DNA of 64,000 nucleotides from Gammaproteobacteria bacterium (GCA_036010905.1 DASCMH010000007.1:24216-88215), one strand, 5' to 3'; shown: positions 1 to 11,926, counted from the first letter of the stretch. A program made the numbers and translations. Notes: generated from the sequence alone by a model not told the origin.

Positions 1-1471
1 TTCGAATCGAACCGCCGCCGATCTCCGAACCATTCAGCACCATGTCGTAAGCACGTGACAGTGCATTGCCGGGATCGGCCTCAAGCGCGGCGACCGAATC
101 GAGACCCGGCGCCGTAAACGGATGATGCAACGCGTTCCAGCGATTCGCCTTGTCGTCCCACGCAAACATTGGAAAATCAATTACCCACAGCGGCCGCCAG
201 CCGGCTTCGAGCAGACCCAAATCTTCGCCTAACCGGTTGCGCAGCGCACCGAGTGAATCGTTGACGATGGCCGCCTTGTCGGCGCCGAAAAATACCAGGT
301 CGCCATCGGCCAGTGCCAGACGTGAGACGATGCCGGTAATGGTCTCATCCGGTAAAAATTTAAGAATCGGCGATTGCAGGCCGTCACGTCCATCGGCAAC
401 AGAGTTAACCTTGATATACGCAAGTCCCTTGGCGCCATGCTGCCCGACATAGTCCGTATAGGTGTCAATCTGCTTGCGCGTCATACTGCTGCCGCCGGGT
501 ATTTTCAGTGCCGCAACCCTGCCCTGCGAATCTGCGGCAGGGCCGGCGAAAACCTTGAACTCGACGTCGGCCATCAGATCACCGCATTCCACCAGTTCAA
601 GTGGAATGCGCAGGTCCGGACGATCATTACCGTAGCGTTGCATACATTCGGCATAGCTCATCTGTGGGAACGGATCCGGCAACTCCACCCCCAGCACGGT
701 CTTAAACAGGCTACGAATCAGCGACTCCATCAACCGCATGATGTCGGCCTCTTCTATAAACGACATCTCTACATCAAGCTGGGTGAATTCAGGCTGCCGG
801 TCGGCGCGCAGGTCTTCGTCACGAAAACAGCGTGCAATCTGATAATAACGATCAAAGCCGGACACCATTAACAACTGCTTGAACAACTGTGGCGACTGCG
901 GCAAGGCGAAAAATTCACCCGGATGGGTCCGGCTCGGCACGATGTAGTCGCGAGCCCCTTCCGGTGTCGCACGGGTCAGGATCGGCGTTTCGATATCGAT
1001 AAAACCGTTATCATCCATGAAACGACGTAATGTCTGCGTCACACGATGACGCATACGCAGTCGTGCGGCCACCTCTTCACGCCTGAGATCAAGATAGCGA
1101 TAGCGCAGACGGATGTCTTCATGCGCATTCTCGTCATGATGAAACGGCGGGGTTTGCGACTCGTTTAATACGGCAAGATCGGTGGCGAGAACCTCAACCT
1201 GACCGGTCGGCAGATTTGGATTAACCGTTCCCTCCGGGCGCGGGCGGACCGTACCCTTGATCTGCAGCACATATTCACCGCGGATACGCTCGGCGACGGC
1301 AAATATCTCCGCCCTGTCCGGATCAAAGACCACCTGCAGCAGGCCTTCGCGATCGCGCAGATCGATAAATATTACCCCGCCATGATCCCGCCGGCGATGT
1401 ACCCAGCCGGCCACCTCAACGGTCTGGCCTACGGCCTCAGCATTAATTTCACCACAGTAATGGGTTCGCAT
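1..1471 (-). CDS. aspS: aspartate--tRNA ligase, N-terminal ~490 codons (3' end runs off the left edge of the window)
   Basis: Absent from the ORF track because there is no in-window stop. My translation of the minus strand from the ATG at 1471-1469 gives [51 protein letters not shown]...[10 protein letters not shown]...[26 protein letters not shown]. This is the typical bacterial AspRS OB-fold plus class II core. Confidence 0.9.
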   Translation of the reverse strand, partial: MRTHYCGEINAEAVGQTVEVAGWVHRRRDHGGVIFIDLRDREGLLQVVFDPDRAEIFAVAERIRGEYVLQIKGTVRPRPEGTVNPNLPTGQVEVLATDLAVLNESQTPPFHHDENAHEDIRLRYRYLDLRREEVAARLRMRHRVTQTLRRFMDDNGFIDIETPILTRATPEGARDYIVPSRTHPGEFFALPQSPQLFKQLLMVSGFDRYYQIARCFRDEDLRADRQPEFTQLDVEMSFIEEADIMRLMESLIRSLFKTVLGVELPDPFPQMSYAECMQRYGNDRPDLRIPLELVECGDLMADVEFKVFAGPAADSQGRVAALKIPGGSSMTRKQIDTYTDYVGQHGAKGLAYIKVNSVADGRDGLQSPILKFLPDETITGIVSRLALADGDLVFFGADKAAIVNDSLGALRNRLGEDLGLLEAGWRPLWVIDFPMFAWDDKANRWNALHHPFTAPGLDSVAALEADPGNALSRAYDMVLNGSEIGGGSIR

Positions 1472-1578
1472 GGATCGGGACCTTGTACTATCTGCTTATA
1501 TTAGGGGCGCAGGATGATAACCGGAATTCGCGCTGCCGTCGCCCCGCCTGGCCTGCAGATGGCCACGACAGGCTCAGA

Positions 1579-2223
1579 TCAGGTTGCCGCCGGGTGATCG
1601 TCCGCTTCGAGCGCATGTTTTTCGCGGACCCACGGCGGCACAACCACACCCAGGGAAACGATCATTTTCAGTGCCGATTCAATATCCATATCCAGTTCGA
1701 TCGTATCCTCGACCGGTACCATAATAATGAATCCAGAGGTCGGATTTGGAGTTGTCGGCACAAAAACACAAATCATGTCGGCGCTGGTCCTGGCCTGGAT
1801 TTCAGCCAGTTCCGTCGAGGTCTGGAAACACAGGCTATAGACACCTTTGCGCGGATACTCGATCAACAGCACCTTCTTAAAGGCCTGGCTGGTATTGGTA
1901 AACAAAACCTCGGCGAAGTTTTTTGAGGCGGAATAGATCGACCGGACCAGCGGGATTCTGTTCAACAAGCGCTCGGAAGCACTGACAAATCGCTTACCGA
2001 TGAAATTTGCCACCAGCATCCCGGTCAGCAACAAAACAATAATTGACAACAAGATACCGAGACCCGGAATCTTTATACCGAGCAAATGCTCGGGCTGGTA
2101 GGCCAACGGCAGCAGTAACAACGTCCGATCCATGAGCCCGATGACCAGGTTCAGAACGAATAACGTGAATCCGATCGGTATCCAGACAAGCAAACCAGCG
2201 ATGAGATAACGGCGAAAATGCAT
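1579..2223 (-). CDS. DUF502 family membrane protein
   Basis: 214 aa. The N-terminus MHFRRYLIAGLLVWIPIGFTLFVLNLVIGLMD and a second TM segment followed by a soluble domain fit the DUF502 architecture. Family assignment is by recognition only. Confidence 0.7.
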   Translation of the reverse strand: MHFRRYLIAGLLVWIPIGFTLFVLNLVIGLMDRTLLLLPLAYQPEHLLGIKIPGLGILLSIIVLLLTGMLVANFIGKRFVSASERLLNRIPLVRSIYSASKNFAEVLFTNTSQAFKKVLLIEYPRKGVYSLCFQTSTELAEIQARTSADMICVFVPTTPNPTSGFIIMVPVEDTIELDMDIESALKMIVSLGVVVPPWVREKHALEADDHPAAT

Positions 2224-2256
2224 AAGAGGGATTATATTGGTTAAATGAACGGTCTG

Positions 2257-2652
2257 TCAGTCCGTCTTGGCGCCGGGCGACCCTGATTTTCCTGTGCTGC
2301 CGGAGCCGGATTTTCCGCCCGCAGACTGGCCCTTGTCGGCCGGCTTCTTGTTGTTCTTGTCCTGCTTGTCCTGTTTGTCCTGTTTGTCCTGCTTGTCCTG
2401 CTTGTCCTGCTTGTCTTTCGGGTCCTTTTGCGACTCACCGGACGAGTCACCAGCCAGGTTGCGCTGATTGTCCTGCTTGAAATCGGTCTCGTACCAGCCA
2501 CCACCCTTGAGGCGGAAATTAGGTGCAGACAGCAACTTTTTCAGCTCGGGCTCGCCACATTGCGGACAATCCACGAGAGGGATCGCCCCCATCTTCTGCA
2601 GCACTTCAAAATCATGCCCGCAAGACTTACAGGCATACTCATAAATTGGCAT
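2257..2652 (-). CDS. FmdB-family zinc-ribbon protein with a low-complexity (QDK)n tail
   Basis: Internal Met at 2652 gives MPIYEYACKSCGHDFEVLQKMGAIPLVDCPQCG, the CxxC...CxxC FmdB/CxxC_CxxC_SSSS signature. The 43 codons upstream of it in the track ORF look like read-through. The C-terminal tail is Lys/Asp/Gln/Gly-rich. Confidence 0.8.
   Translation of the reverse strand: MPIYEYACKSCGHDFEVLQKMGAIPLVDCPQCGEPELKKLLSAPNFRLKGGGWYETDFKQDNQRNLAGDSSGESQKDPKDKQDKQDKQDKQDKQDKQDKNNKKPADKGQSAGGKSGSGSTGKSGSPGAKTD
2356..2418. repeat. 9-bp tandem repeat (cttgtcctg / tttgtcctg), about 7 units, inside the FmdB-family CDS
   Basis: Direct reading gives units at 2356, 2365, 2374, 2383, 2392 and 2401, plus a degenerate unit at 2410. 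They encode KQDKQDKQDKQDKQDKQDK on the minus strand. Confidence 0.95.
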
Positions 2653-2818
2653 CTGAAACTCCGAAAAAATATTATTTTTTAAACCGTAGCCTGACCCACA
2701 CATGTCCGGGATAAATTCTCTACCCCCGGCCATAGCAGCTTCAACCGAGATAATCCCCTCGTCGCCTACCTTGTACAGCATATGATTGCGACACGAATAC
2801 CAGTTCTTTTATCCCCGA

Positions 2819-5410
2819 CTAGGCCGCGGCCAGCTTTCCAGTGCGAATAACGATCATATCGTCCTCGACAGTGACCGTCACCGTATCACCGGGAGCAAGA
2901 CTGCCGCGCAGAATCTCATCCGCGAGGGGATTCTCGATGCGCTGCTGAATGGCCCGCTTCAGCGGTCGAGCACCGTAAACCGGATCGTAACCAGCTTCGG
3001 CCAGCTTGGCCACTGCCGGGGCAGCCAATTCCAGGCGCATATCGCGGGCGGCCAGCCGGCGAGCCAAGTATTGCAACTGGATTTCTATGATCGCACCAAT
3101 CTGCGTCTGCGTCAGCGGATGAAACACCACCATGTCATCAATCCGGTTCAGAAACTCAGGGCGAAAATGCTGGCCTACAGTTTCCAGTACTGCGGTCTTG
3201 ATGGCCGCGTAATTCTCATCACCGGCCAACTCCTGAATGTGTTCCGAACCAAGGTTCGACGTCATGATGAGCACCGTATTACGAAAATCAACGGTTCGAC
3301 CATGCCCGTCGGTAAGCCGGCCGTCATCGAGGACCTGCAGCAATACATTGAAAACATCGGGATGGGCTTTCTCAATCTCATCCAGAAGCACCACCGAGTA
3401 GGGGCGACGCCGGACGGCCTCAGTCAGGTAACCGCCCTCTTCGTAACCCACATAGCCCGGCGGTGCGCCAATCAACCTCGCGACCGAATGCTTCTCCATG
3501 AATTCGGACATGTCGATGCGGATCAGCGCCTCCTCGGCATCAAACAGGAACTGTGCAAGTGCTTTGGTCAACTCGGTCTTGCCCACTCCGGTCGGGCCGA
3601 GAAACAGAAATGAGCCGTTCGGGCGAGTCGGGTCGGCCAGCCCGGCACGCGAGCGACGTATCGCACTCGATACGGCAACCACAGCTTCGTCCTGGCCGAC
3701 AACCCGCGTATGCAACACTTCTTCCATGTGCAGCAACTTGTCCTGCTCACCTTCGAGCATTTTACCAACCGGTATACCCGTCCACTTGGAGACAATCTCG
3801 GCAACCTCAGCCTCGCTGACCCGATTACGCAATAACCGGTTGTCCTGCTGCTCATGTTCGCCGGCCTCAGTAAGCTGACGTTCAAGTTCCGGTATCCGCC
3901 CATATTGCAATTCCGACATGCGCTGCAAATCCTGTGCACGATGCGCGGTTTCAAGTTCACCGCGGGCCCGCTCAAGTTCTTCCTTTATATGCGTCGCACC
4001 CTGCATCGCGGCCTTTTCTCCCTTCCAGATCTCGTCAAGATCCGCAAATTCCACTTCAAGGCCCGTCAATTGTTCTTCAAGATCAGTCAGTCGCTTCTTC
4101 GATGCATCATCGGACTCCTTGTTCAATGCCTCACGCTCAATTTTCAGCTGGATGATGCGACGTTCGAGGCGATCCATTGACTCCGGTTTGGAATCAATTT
4201 CCATGCGGATACGGGACCCGGCTTCATCAATAAGGTCGATGGCTTTATCGGGTAATTGCCGGTCAGAAATATACCGGTGCGACAGTGTTGCCGCGGCAAC
4301 AATGGCCGGATCGGTTATTTCGACACCGTGGTGAACCTCGTAACGTTCCTTCAAACCACGCAGGATTGCAATCGTATCCTCCACCGTCGGTTCCTCGATC
4401 AATACCTTCTGAAAACGCCGCTCCAATGCCGCATCCTTCTCGATATTCTGCCGATACTCATCGAGTGTCGTCGCACCGACACAATGCAATTCACCACGCG
4501 CAAGCGCCGGCTTCAGCATGTTGCCGGCATCCATCGCACCTTCGGCTTTACCGGCACCAACCACCGTGTGTATTTCATCGATGAACAGGATGACCTGGCC
4601 TTCCTGTCTCGACAAATCACTGAGCACCGCCTTCAGACGTTCTTCAAACTCACCGCGAAACTTTGCCCCGGCAATCAGGGCACCGAGATCGAGACTCAGA
4701 ATTCGCTTGTTACGAATGCCTTCAGGGACCTCACTGTTGATGATGCGTTGCGCAAGGCCCTCAACGATAGCGGTTTTACCGACACCGGGTTCACCAATCA
4801 GCACCGGATTATTCTTGGTACGCCGCTGCAGGATCTGGATCGTACGTCTTATTTCATCATCCCGTCCGATGATCGGATCAAGTTTGCCCTGCTCGGCCTG
4901 CTCGGTCAGGTCGATCGTGTATTTCTCAAGAGCCTGGCGTGTGTCTTCGGCATTCTGATCGTCAACCGACTGACCGCCGCGCAGGTCGTCAATTGCCGCT
5001 TCAACTGCACCCCGAACCACGCCGGCTTCGGCAAGAATGCTGCCGACCTGGCTCTTGTCATCACAGGCCGCCAGAACAAATAATTCACTTGAAATAAACT
5101 GGTCGGAACGATCCTGCGAGAGTTTGTCGCAAATATTCAACAACCGCCCCAGATCGTTTGACAGGTGTACTTCACCAGCCGTACCTTCAACCTGCGCCAA
5201 CTGGTCAAGCGCTTCGCCGAGGCGAGAGCGCAATAAATTCACCTTTCCGCCTGCCTTGGTCAACAGGTGCCGAACCGTCCCGCCCTGCTGATCGAGCAGC
5301 GCCGACATCAGGTGCGCCGGTTCTATGAACTGGTGTCCCCGACCCACAGCAAGCGACTGCGCATCGCTGAGCGCAAGCTGAAATTTACTGGTCAGTTTTT
5401 CCTGTCGCAT
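2819..5410 (-). CDS. clpB: ATP-dependent chaperone/disaggregase ClpB
   Basis: 863 aa. Two AAA+ modules (GEPGVGKT and GPTGVGKT Walker A), a long coiled-coil middle domain and a Clp N-terminal repeat ([21 protein letters not shown]). Confidence 0.97.
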   Translation of the reverse strand: MRQEKLTSKFQLALSDAQSLAVGRGHQFIEPAHLMSALLDQQGGTVRHLLTKAGGKVNLLRSRLGEALDQLAQVEGTAGEVHLSNDLGRLLNICDKLSQDRSDQFISSELFVLAACDDKSQVGSILAEAGVVRGAVEAAIDDLRGGQSVDDQNAEDTRQALEKYTIDLTEQAEQGKLDPIIGRDDEIRRTIQILQRRTKNNPVLIGEPGVGKTAIVEGLAQRIINSEVPEGIRNKRILSLDLGALIAGAKFRGEFEERLKAVLSDLSRQEGQVILFIDEIHTVVGAGKAEGAMDAGNMLKPALARGELHCVGATTLDEYRQNIEKDAALERRFQKVLIEEPTVEDTIAILRGLKERYEVHHGVEITDPAIVAAATLSHRYISDRQLPDKAIDLIDEAGSRIRMEIDSKPESMDRLERRIIQLKIEREALNKESDDASKKRLTDLEEQLTGLEVEFADLDEIWKGEKAAMQGATHIKEELERARGELETAHRAQDLQRMSELQYGRIPELERQLTEAGEHEQQDNRLLRNRVSEAEVAEIVSKWTGIPVGKMLEGEQDKLLHMEEVLHTRVVGQDEAVVAVSSAIRRSRAGLADPTRPNGSFLFLGPTGVGKTELTKALAQFLFDAEEALIRIDMSEFMEKHSVARLIGAPPGYVGYEEGGYLTEAVRRRPYSVVLLDEIEKAHPDVFNVLLQVLDDGRLTDGHGRTVDFRNTVLIMTSNLGSEHIQELAGDENYAAIKTAVLETVGQHFRPEFLNRIDDMVVFHPLTQTQIGAIIEIQLQYLARRLAARDMRLELAAPAVAKLAEAGYDPVYGARPLKRAIQQRIENPLADEILRGSLAPGDTVTVTVEDDMIVIRTGKLAAA

Positions 5411-5508
5411 GGGCGGTGTACTCCCTTTAAAGCGCCGTCATTGTTGAAATATGGGGGCAACCCGGCAAAATTCAATCTACCCCGGCCTATGCTTGGTGTT
5501 GCTTGCGG

Positions 5509-6279
5509 CTAATCGCGCCAAATCAGTGTTGCCTGACGACCGCAGACCCCATCACGTCGATAAGAGAAAAATCGATCCGGTTGCGCGCTGGTACATAATC
5601 CCCCGCCAAAAACTGCGCCAACACCACTGGCCGCAAGACGCTGTCTTGCCAGTGCATACAAATCCAATTGCCCGTGCTGCCGGTCTATTGGCATCAATGC
5701 GGCTTTATCATCATCCCGTAGCGCCGTCATGACTGTGGTATCGATCTCGTAGGCCAGGGGCCCGATTGCCGGACCCAACCAGACGATTATTTCAGCGGGC
5801 CGCACCCCGCGAGCAGCAAATGCCGTGACCATATTTTCGAGAATACCGGTGACCAGACCGCGCCACCCGCCATGTGCGCACGCAACGTGCCGACCGCCGC
5901 GATCAGTGAACAACACGGGCAGACAGTCGGCCGTCATAATCGCGCAGACCACCCCGGCAGCCGACGTAATCGATGCATCGGCAGCCACTGATTCGGTCAT
6001 CGAGGAAGTCACCAACTCGGCATCGATTACCTCGGCGCCGTGCACCTGATCGAGCCAGCACGGTACTGCGGTAATACCCAGACTCTGAGCTAACGCCTGC
6101 CGATTTTGCTCAACGGCCTGCGGATCGTCACCAACATGCGCAGCAAGATTTAACGATGCATAAGGACTGTTGCTAAAGCCACCAACCCGGGTTGTACTCA
6201 CCGCATGCACCGTCGCCGGGGCGGGCCAGTCGGGCCTGATCAGTTCGAGATCGGTTGCGGCCATGTCATCCGATCCCAA
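5509..6279 (-). CDS. pgeF: peptidoglycan editing factor PgeF / YfiH (DUF152, laccase-domain) family protein
   Basis: 256 aa with ...TADCLPVLF...ACAHGGWRGL... motifs. It sits immediately downstream of rluD, as in E. coli rluD-yfiH. The start is uncertain (Met at 6264 is an alternative), and the gene overlaps the rluD 3' end. Confidence 0.85.
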   Translation of the reverse strand: MGSDDMAATDLELIRPDWPAPATVHAVSTTRVGGFSNSPYASLNLAAHVGDDPQAVEQNRQALAQSLGITAVPCWLDQVHGAEVIDAELVTSSMTESVAADASITSAAGVVCAIMTADCLPVLFTDRGGRHVACAHGGWRGLVTGILENMVTAFAARGVRPAEIIVWLGPAIGPLAYEIDTTVMTALRDDDKAALMPIDRQHGQLDLYALARQRLAASGVGAVFGGGLCTSAQPDRFFSYRRDGVCGRQATLIWRD

Positions 6280-7247
6280 TCGGCAGCATCACGAGTCTCG
6301 GCAGCGACATCGTCAGCCAGTACCGACAGCAGATTGCTGAAATCGCCGGGCAGCGGTGCATGACACTCAATTGTTTTATCGGCCAGCGGATGCCGGAAGG
6401 TAAGTCTGCTCGCATGGAGAGCCTGGCGAGTCAAGCCACGCAAAGCGGTCGCCAGTGGCGGCGAGGTGCCCGCCGGGATTTTCAAGCGGCCGGCATAAGT
6501 CGGGTCGCCAACAAGCGCATGTCGCAGGTGCGCCATATGCACGCGTATCTGGTGCGTGCGGCCCGTCTCCAGGCGCAGGGCGAGAAAGGTGTGGTTTGCG
6601 AATCGCGCCAGAACGCGATAGTGCGTGACGGCGGGTTTGCCCTTGTCGGTTACAGCCATTCGTGTGCGCTGCGTTGCATGCCGTCCGATCGGCGCCTCAA
6701 CATGTCCGCCGGCCGTTACCCGACCGGTGCAAACAGCCCGGTATTCACGCGTGATAGCCCGCTGCTGCAAATCCCGAACCAGGTGCGTATGCGCCGGCAA
6801 GGTTTTTGCCACCAGCAGTAAACCACTCGTATTCTTGTCCAGACGATGCAGAATTCCACAGCGGGGCAGATTCGCAAGATCGGGCGCATGGTGCAGCAAA
6901 CCATTCAGCAAGGTACCGGATGGATTGCCTGCGCCGGGATGCACCACGAGTCCGACGGGTTTGTTAATGACCAGTACCGCATCATCCTCGAATACGCTTT
7001 CAAGACCGATTGGCTCGGGCCGAGACCTCTCCTGAACCTCAATGATGGCATTGACATTGATACACTGTCCGACCCGGACCTTGGAGCGCGGCATCACGCT
7101 GGCACCGTCAACAGTCACCTCACCGGCCAGAATCCACTCCTTCAGGCGCGACCGGGAATAATCCGGCAATAAAACCGCCAACGCCTGATCCAGTCGTTTG
7201 CCCGCCAGATCCACGGGAATCGTCAGGTTATATTGTGTCATTTCCAT
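6240..7247 (-). CDS. rluD: 23S rRNA pseudouridine(1911/1915/1917) synthase RluD
   Basis: 335 aa. N-terminal S4 domain and the RluA-family catalytic motif HRLDKNTSGLLLVAK. Divergent from bamD, as in many gammaproteobacteria. Confidence 0.92.
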   Translation of the reverse strand: MEMTQYNLTIPVDLAGKRLDQALAVLLPDYSRSRLKEWILAGEVTVDGASVMPRSKVRVGQCINVNAIIEVQERSRPEPIGLESVFEDDAVLVINKPVGLVVHPGAGNPSGTLLNGLLHHAPDLANLPRCGILHRLDKNTSGLLLVAKTLPAHTHLVRDLQQRAITREYRAVCTGRVTAGGHVEAPIGRHATQRTRMAVTDKGKPAVTHYRVLARFANHTFLALRLETGRTHQIRVHMAHLRHALVGDPTYAGRLKIPAGTSPPLATALRGLTRQALHASRLTFRHPLADKTIECHAPLPGDFSNLLSVLADDVAAETRDAADWDRMTWPQPISN

Positions 7248-7338
7248 ATAGTTCGCAGGCCATTGAAGTTACCGGCGGTCGATATCTTAGAGTTTACGGT
7301 ATACTCCGGCGTTTGGCGCGCTACCCGATCATGTCATT

Positions 7339-8160
7339 TTGAGTGCAATGAACCCCACAATTATCGTCTCTACGCCTATTGCCACACGCCGGCCCTCGTG
7401 GCGACTCGCTCTCGTGTGCCTGCTCACGCTGGTTGCAGTCGGTTGCGCCAAGGACACACGCGAACTGCGATCAGGGGCTGAGGAATTATTCACCCGCGGC
7501 ACGAAAGCAATGAACTCGAAAAACTTTCGTAATGCGATCAGTTACTACGAAGGACTGGAGGCGCGTTTCCCGTTCAGCAACCAGGCCAAGCAGGCACAAT
7601 TAAACCTGATTTACTGCTACTACAAAAATGGTGAACCGGACTCGGCGATCGATGCCGCCACACAGTTTGAACGGGAGAATCCGACTCATCCGCGCGTTGA
7701 CTACGCCCTTTACATACGCGGCCTTGCAAACTTCTCGACGCAACACAAGGGCTACCATCGCCTGTTCGGCATCGATCTGGCAAAACGTCCGCCGGTGCTT
7801 GCCCGGGAATCTTTTGCCACCTTTTCGCGCTTGCTGCAACGCTACCCGGACAGCATTTATACCCATGACGCCCGACAACGCCTGATTTTCTTGCGTAACC
7901 GCCTCGCCAAACATGAAAACTATGTTGCCGACTATTACTTCAGACGCGGCTCCTACGTCGCTGCATTGAACCGCGCCAAGTCAACGCTGGAAAATTATGA
8001 TGGCGCGCCAGCTGTTGCCGATTCTTTATATATGATTATTGGCGCTTACGAAAAACTTGGCATGCAGGATCTCGCTGCCGAGAGCCGCCGCACACTGGCT
8101 GAAAATTACCCGGATGCCCGTAAACCCGAAGTCGTCAAGAAGCGATTCTTTTTCTTCTGA
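7339..8160 (+). CDS. bamD: outer membrane protein assembly factor BamD (lipoprotein, TPR-like)
   Basis: 273 aa. Signal peptide with lipobox LVAVGC, then the YfiO/BamD-type TPR region (NAISYYEGLEARFPFS...AQLNLIYCYYK). Conserved rluD-bamD divergent pairing. Confidence 0.9.
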   Translation: MSAMNPTIIVSTPIATRRPSWRLALVCLLTLVAVGCAKDTRELRSGAEELFTRGTKAMNSKNFRNAISYYEGLEARFPFSNQAKQAQLNLIYCYYKNGEPDSAIDAATQFERENPTHPRVDYALYIRGLANFSTQHKGYHRLFGIDLAKRPPVLARESFATFSRLLQRYPDSIYTHDARQRLIFLRNRLAKHENYVADYYFRRGSYVAALNRAKSTLENYDGAPAVADSLYMIIGAYEKLGMQDLAAESRRTLAENYPDARKPEVVKKRFFFF

Positions 8161-8201
8161 CCGCGTGTCCTCCTCGCTCAGGGAGACGTGCTCCGCTCCG
8201 G

Positions 8202-9830
8202 CTACCGGTATCCCGATGTGATCGGATAACGCCAGTCACGACCAAAGGCACGCGCACTGATACGCACGCCCGGCGCAGCCTGGCGACGCTTATACTCATT
8301 CCGGCGCACGATCGCCACGATTTGCGCAACGATCTCCGGGTCAAATCCGCGGGCGACAATATCATCACTCGAACAATTATCCAGCATTAATGCATCGAGG
8401 ATTGGATCAAGCACCTCGTAGGGCGGCAAGGAATCAGAATCCCGCTGATCAGGCGCCAGTTCAGCAGATGGTTCACGGCTAAGAACCCGCTCGGGAATCA
8501 CATCACTCAAAGAATTGCGATAGCGGGCAAGCTGGTAAACAAGTGTCTTGGTACAATCCTTGATCGGCGCAAAACCACCGTTCATATCGCCATATAATGT
8601 CGCGTAACCAACCGCCATCTCACTTTTGTTCCCGGTCGCCAACACCATACGCCTGGTTTTATTGGAAATGGCCATTAACAACAACCCCCGACATCGCGAC
8701 TGGATGTTCTCCTCGGTCGTATCTGCGGGCAAATTGGCAAACAGCTCTGCCAGTGTCTGGTTGGTCACACTGACCATCGACTCAATCGGCAATGTCCGGT
8801 AATCAACCCCGAGTCGTTGTGCCTGATCTCTGGCATCTGCAATGCTGATGTCGGCCGTATATCGATACGGCATCATGACGGCCTGCACGGCTCCGGCACC
8901 CAGAGCATCGACCGCAATTGCCAGCGTCAGGGCCGAATCAATCCCGCCTGACAAACCCATTACAACACCCGGAAAACCATTCTTCTCTACGTAGTCATGT
9001 ACCCCCATAACCAGCGCCGCATAAATACTCTCTTCATCGCCGGGCAACGGTTTAATATCTGCGGCCACGGGCACCACCGAATCCCCGGCTAATGTAAAAT
9101 CGGCAATCAACAACCCGTCGGCAAAATCGGGTCCCCGCAGGCTAACCGTACCGTCGGCAGTGAACACAGCCGAGCCGCCATCGAAGACGAGTTCATCCTG
9201 ACCACCGACCATATTGGTATAAACCATCGGTAACCCAACCTCACGACAACGCTCCTGCATGATTGATTCGCGCAACGCCTGCTTGCCGCGTTTGAAAGGT
9301 GAGCCGTGTATCGACACAATCAATTGTGCCCCGGCATCGGCCAGCAAAGCACAGGGGCCGGGTTCCCAGACATCTTCACAAACTGCCAGACCGATCCGTA
9401 CCCCGTTAACAGTGGCAACGACCGGCTTATTACCGGGTACAAAATAACGCGCTTCATCGAAAACGCTATAGTTGGGTAAAATTTGTTTGCGGTAATTGGC
9501 CACCAGCGCACCGCCCGCAAACAATGCCGCAGAATTGTAGATGGCAGACCCTTGGTACTCGGGGTAACCGACCAGAACCGTTATTGGCGATGCTGCAGTC
9601 GATGTCTTTATTTGCTCAAGCGCCAGACCGATGCGATGCTGCAGACCGGCCTGGAATAACAAATCTTCCGGTGGATAACCACAGACGGCAAGCTCAGGAA
9701 AAACCACGAGATCAGCCACATGCTGCTCACACGCCTCGGTCACGGCCGCACAAATCAGTTCGGTATTACCCGGAATGTCGCCAACGACAACATTCATCTG
9801 GGCCAGTGCAACTGTGAGCTTTTCAGCCAT
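8202..9830 (-). CDS. nadE: glutamine-dependent NAD+ synthetase
   Basis: 542 aa. N-terminal CN-hydrolase (nitrilase-like) domain plus a C-terminal NAD synthetase domain with the PP-loop GLSGGIDS. Confidence 0.93.
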   Translation of the reverse strand: MAEKLTVALAQMNVVVGDIPGNTELICAAVTEACEQHVADLVVFPELAVCGYPPEDLLFQAGLQHRIGLALEQIKTSTAASPITVLVGYPEYQGSAIYNSAALFAGGALVANYRKQILPNYSVFDEARYFVPGNKPVVATVNGVRIGLAVCEDVWEPGPCALLADAGAQLIVSIHGSPFKRGKQALRESIMQERCREVGLPMVYTNMVGGQDELVFDGGSAVFTADGTVSLRGPDFADGLLIADFTLAGDSVVPVAADIKPLPGDEESIYAALVMGVHDYVEKNGFPGVVMGLSGGIDSALTLAIAVDALGAGAVQAVMMPYRYTADISIADARDQAQRLGVDYRTLPIESMVSVTNQTLAELFANLPADTTEENIQSRCRGLLLMAISNKTRRMVLATGNKSEMAVGYATLYGDMNGGFAPIKDCTKTLVYQLARYRNSLSDVIPERVLSREPSAELAPDQRDSDSLPPYEVLDPILDALMLDNCSSDDIVARGFDPEIVAQIVAIVRRNEYKRRQAAPGVRISARAFGRDWRYPITSGYR

Positions 9831-9862
9831 GATTAATTGGTGTTAATTGGTAATTGATTAAC

Positions 9863-10732
9863 TTACCCGAGCAACTCCAACATCGCACTACCGAGTTCCA
9901 CCGGTGAGCGAACTGTCTTTACGTCAGCGGCCTCAAGCGCCGCATATTTAGCTACTGCCGTGCCCTCTCCGCCGGAGATAATCGCACCGGCATGCCCCAT
10001 GCGTTTTCCGGGTGGTGCCGTGACGCCGGCGATATAGGCAACCACCGGTTTGTTCACGTGCTCCTGAATGTATCGCGCAGCGGCTTCCTCGTCCGTGCCA
10101 CCGATCTCGCCGACCATAATAATGCCTTCGGTGGCCGGATCCTGCTCAAACAATTCGAGACAGTCAATAAATCCCATACCGCGCACAGGATCACCACCGA
10201 TACCTATGCAGGTCGTCTGACCAAGCCCGTTACAGGTCGTCTGGTAAACCGCTTCATAGGTCAGTGTGCCGGAACGCGAAATAACGCCAATCTTGCCGGG
10301 CTGGTGAATAAAGCCGGGCATAATACCGATCTTGCATTCACCCGGCGTAATGATGCCCGGGCAGTTCGGGCCAATCAGACGACAGTCATAGTCTTTAAGT
10401 ACCTCCTTGACGCGCACCATATCGAGGACCGGAATGCCCTCAGTGATACAAACGATCAGTTCAATGCCTGCATCGGCAGCAGCCAGGATTGCATCAGCTG
10501 CAAACGGTGCCGGCACAAACAGCATGCTGACCGTAGCACCGGTATCGGCTATTGCCGCCGCCACGGTGTTAAACACCGGCACACCAAGGTGCTGTTCGCC
10601 ACCGCGACCCGGCGTGACACCGGCAACAATCCGGGTACCGTACTCGATACATTGCTCAGCATGAAATGAACCCTGGCGGCCCGTCAAACCCTGGCAAAGA
10701 ATACGGGAATCCTGGTTTATGAGAATACTCAT
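9863..10732 (-). CDS. sucD: succinate--CoA ligase subunit alpha
   Basis: 289 aa. [24 protein letters not shown]..., phosphohistidine-loop region [10 protein letters not shown]. Confidence 0.97.
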   Translation of the reverse strand: MSILINQDSRILCQGLTGRQGSFHAEQCIEYGTRIVAGVTPGRGGEQHLGVPVFNTVAAAIADTGATVSMLFVPAPFAADAILAAADAGIELIVCITEGIPVLDMVRVKEVLKDYDCRLIGPNCPGIITPGECKIGIMPGFIHQPGKIGVISRSGTLTYEAVYQTTCNGLGQTTCIGIGGDPVRGMGFIDCLELFEQDPATEGIIMVGEIGGTDEEAAARYIQEHVNKPVVAYIAGVTAPPGKRMGHAGAIISGGEGTAVAKYAALEAADVKTVRSPVELGSAMLELLG

Positions 10733-10768
10733 AAGTTTCTTCTTCCTTCGCTTGGTGCAGATGCAGTG

Positions 10769-11926
10769 TCAGACTGCCGCAACTACTTTACAAGCCGCAT
10801 CAGTCAAATTTTCTGCAGCCATAATATCGAGGCCGCTCTCAGCCAACAGCGCCTTACCGGCATCAACATTGGTACCTTCCAGTCGCACGATAACCGGTAC
10901 CGTGATACCGATCTCACGTACGGCCTGAATAATACCGCTGGCAATATCGTCACAACGTACAATGCCGCCGAAAATATTTACCAGGATTGCCGCAACTGCC
11001 GGGTTGGTCAGGATAAGCTTGAATGCTGCCGCAACCCGTTCCGGCGTTGCCCCGCCACCGACATCAAGAAAATTAGCCGGCTCACCACCTTGCAATTTGA
11101 TCAGGTCCATGGTGGCCATGGCAAGCCCGGCGCCGTTGACCATGCAGGCAATATTGCCATCCAGGGAAACATAGTTCAGATCATGTTCGGCTGCAGAACG
11201 CTCTATCCGGTCTTCCTGCGAAGTATCACGCTGCGCCTGCAAACCAGGCTGGCGAAACAACGCATTGTCTTCAATATTAATCTTCGCATCGAGAGCCAAC
11301 AAATCGCCATCGGTATTCACGATCAACGGATTGATCTCAACGAGACTCGCATCCGAGGCGTCAAACATCCGGTACAAATTCTGTACCAGAGGTATGAACT
11401 GCTTTATCTGGGCGCCATTAAGGTCAAGTGCAAAGCCGAGTTGGCGGGCCTGGTAGGGTTGCAAACCAGCGGCCGGGTGTACGGCGACCATGATGATGCG
11501 CTCCGGCGTATTGGCGGCAACCTCTTCGATATCCATGCCCCCATCCTGTGAGACCATAATCGCAATCCGTTCCCGACTCCGGTCAACAAGCATGCTTAAA
11601 TAAAGTTCGCGTTCGATTTTACTGCCAGCCTCAACAAAGACCTGGCTGATCGGCAAACCTTCAGCGCCGGTCTGCTTCGTCGTCAACCGCTGACCAAGCA
11701 TGGCATCAGCCGCTGCCGCCACTTCCTCGGAACTGCGCACCAACTTGACCCCGCCAGCCTTGCCACGACCGCCTGCATGCACCTGGGCCTTGACGACCCA
11801 CAGGTCACCACCAAGGCGGTCAGCCGCTGCCGCTGCCTGTGCCGGCGTCGAGGCAACTTCACCTTTTGTCACGGGAACGCCATAGCGCGCAAAAAGCTGT
11901 TTTGCCTGATATTCGTGGAGATTCAT
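10769..11926 (-). CDS. sucC: succinate--CoA ligase subunit beta
   Basis: Canonical N-terminus [18 protein letters not shown] from the ATG at 11926. The track ORF begins 4 codons further upstream. ATP-grasp domain plus CoA-ligase domain. Confidence 0.97.
   Translation of the reverse strand: MNLHEYQAKQLFARYGVPVTKGEVASTPAQAAAAADRLGGDLWVVKAQVHAGGRGKAGGVKLVRSSEEVAAAADAMLGQRLTTKQTGAEGLPISQVFVEAGSKIERELYLSMLVDRSRERIAIMVSQDGGMDIEEVAANTPERIIMVAVHPAAGLQPYQARQLGFALDLNGAQIKQFIPLVQNLYRMFDASDASLVEINPLIVNTDGDLLALDAKINIEDNALFRQPGLQAQRDTSQEDRIERSAAEHDLNYVSLDGNIACMVNGAGLAMATMDLIKLQGGEPANFLDVGGGATPERVAAAFKLILTNPAVAAILVNIFGGIVRCDDIASGIIQAVREIGITVPVIVRLEGTNVDAGKALLAESGLDIMAAENLTDAACKVVAAV

Noticed and set aside
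2356-2418. Possible CRISPR-like array, because of regularly spaced repeats.
   Set aside because: The units are 9 bp and directly abutting with no spacers, and they lie inside a CDS. This is a simple tandem repeat, not a CRISPR array. No CRISPR array or cas gene is visible anywhere in the window.
2241-2504. An 87-aa ORF with a striking TSRTSRTSRTNRTNRTSRT repeat, and the plus-strand ORF 2267-2467 with LSCLSCLSC repeats.
   Set aside because: These are alternative-frame and antisense readings of the same 9-bp tandem repeat. The frame with the FmdB zinc-ribbon N-terminus (2257-2652) is the only one with a recognisable domain.
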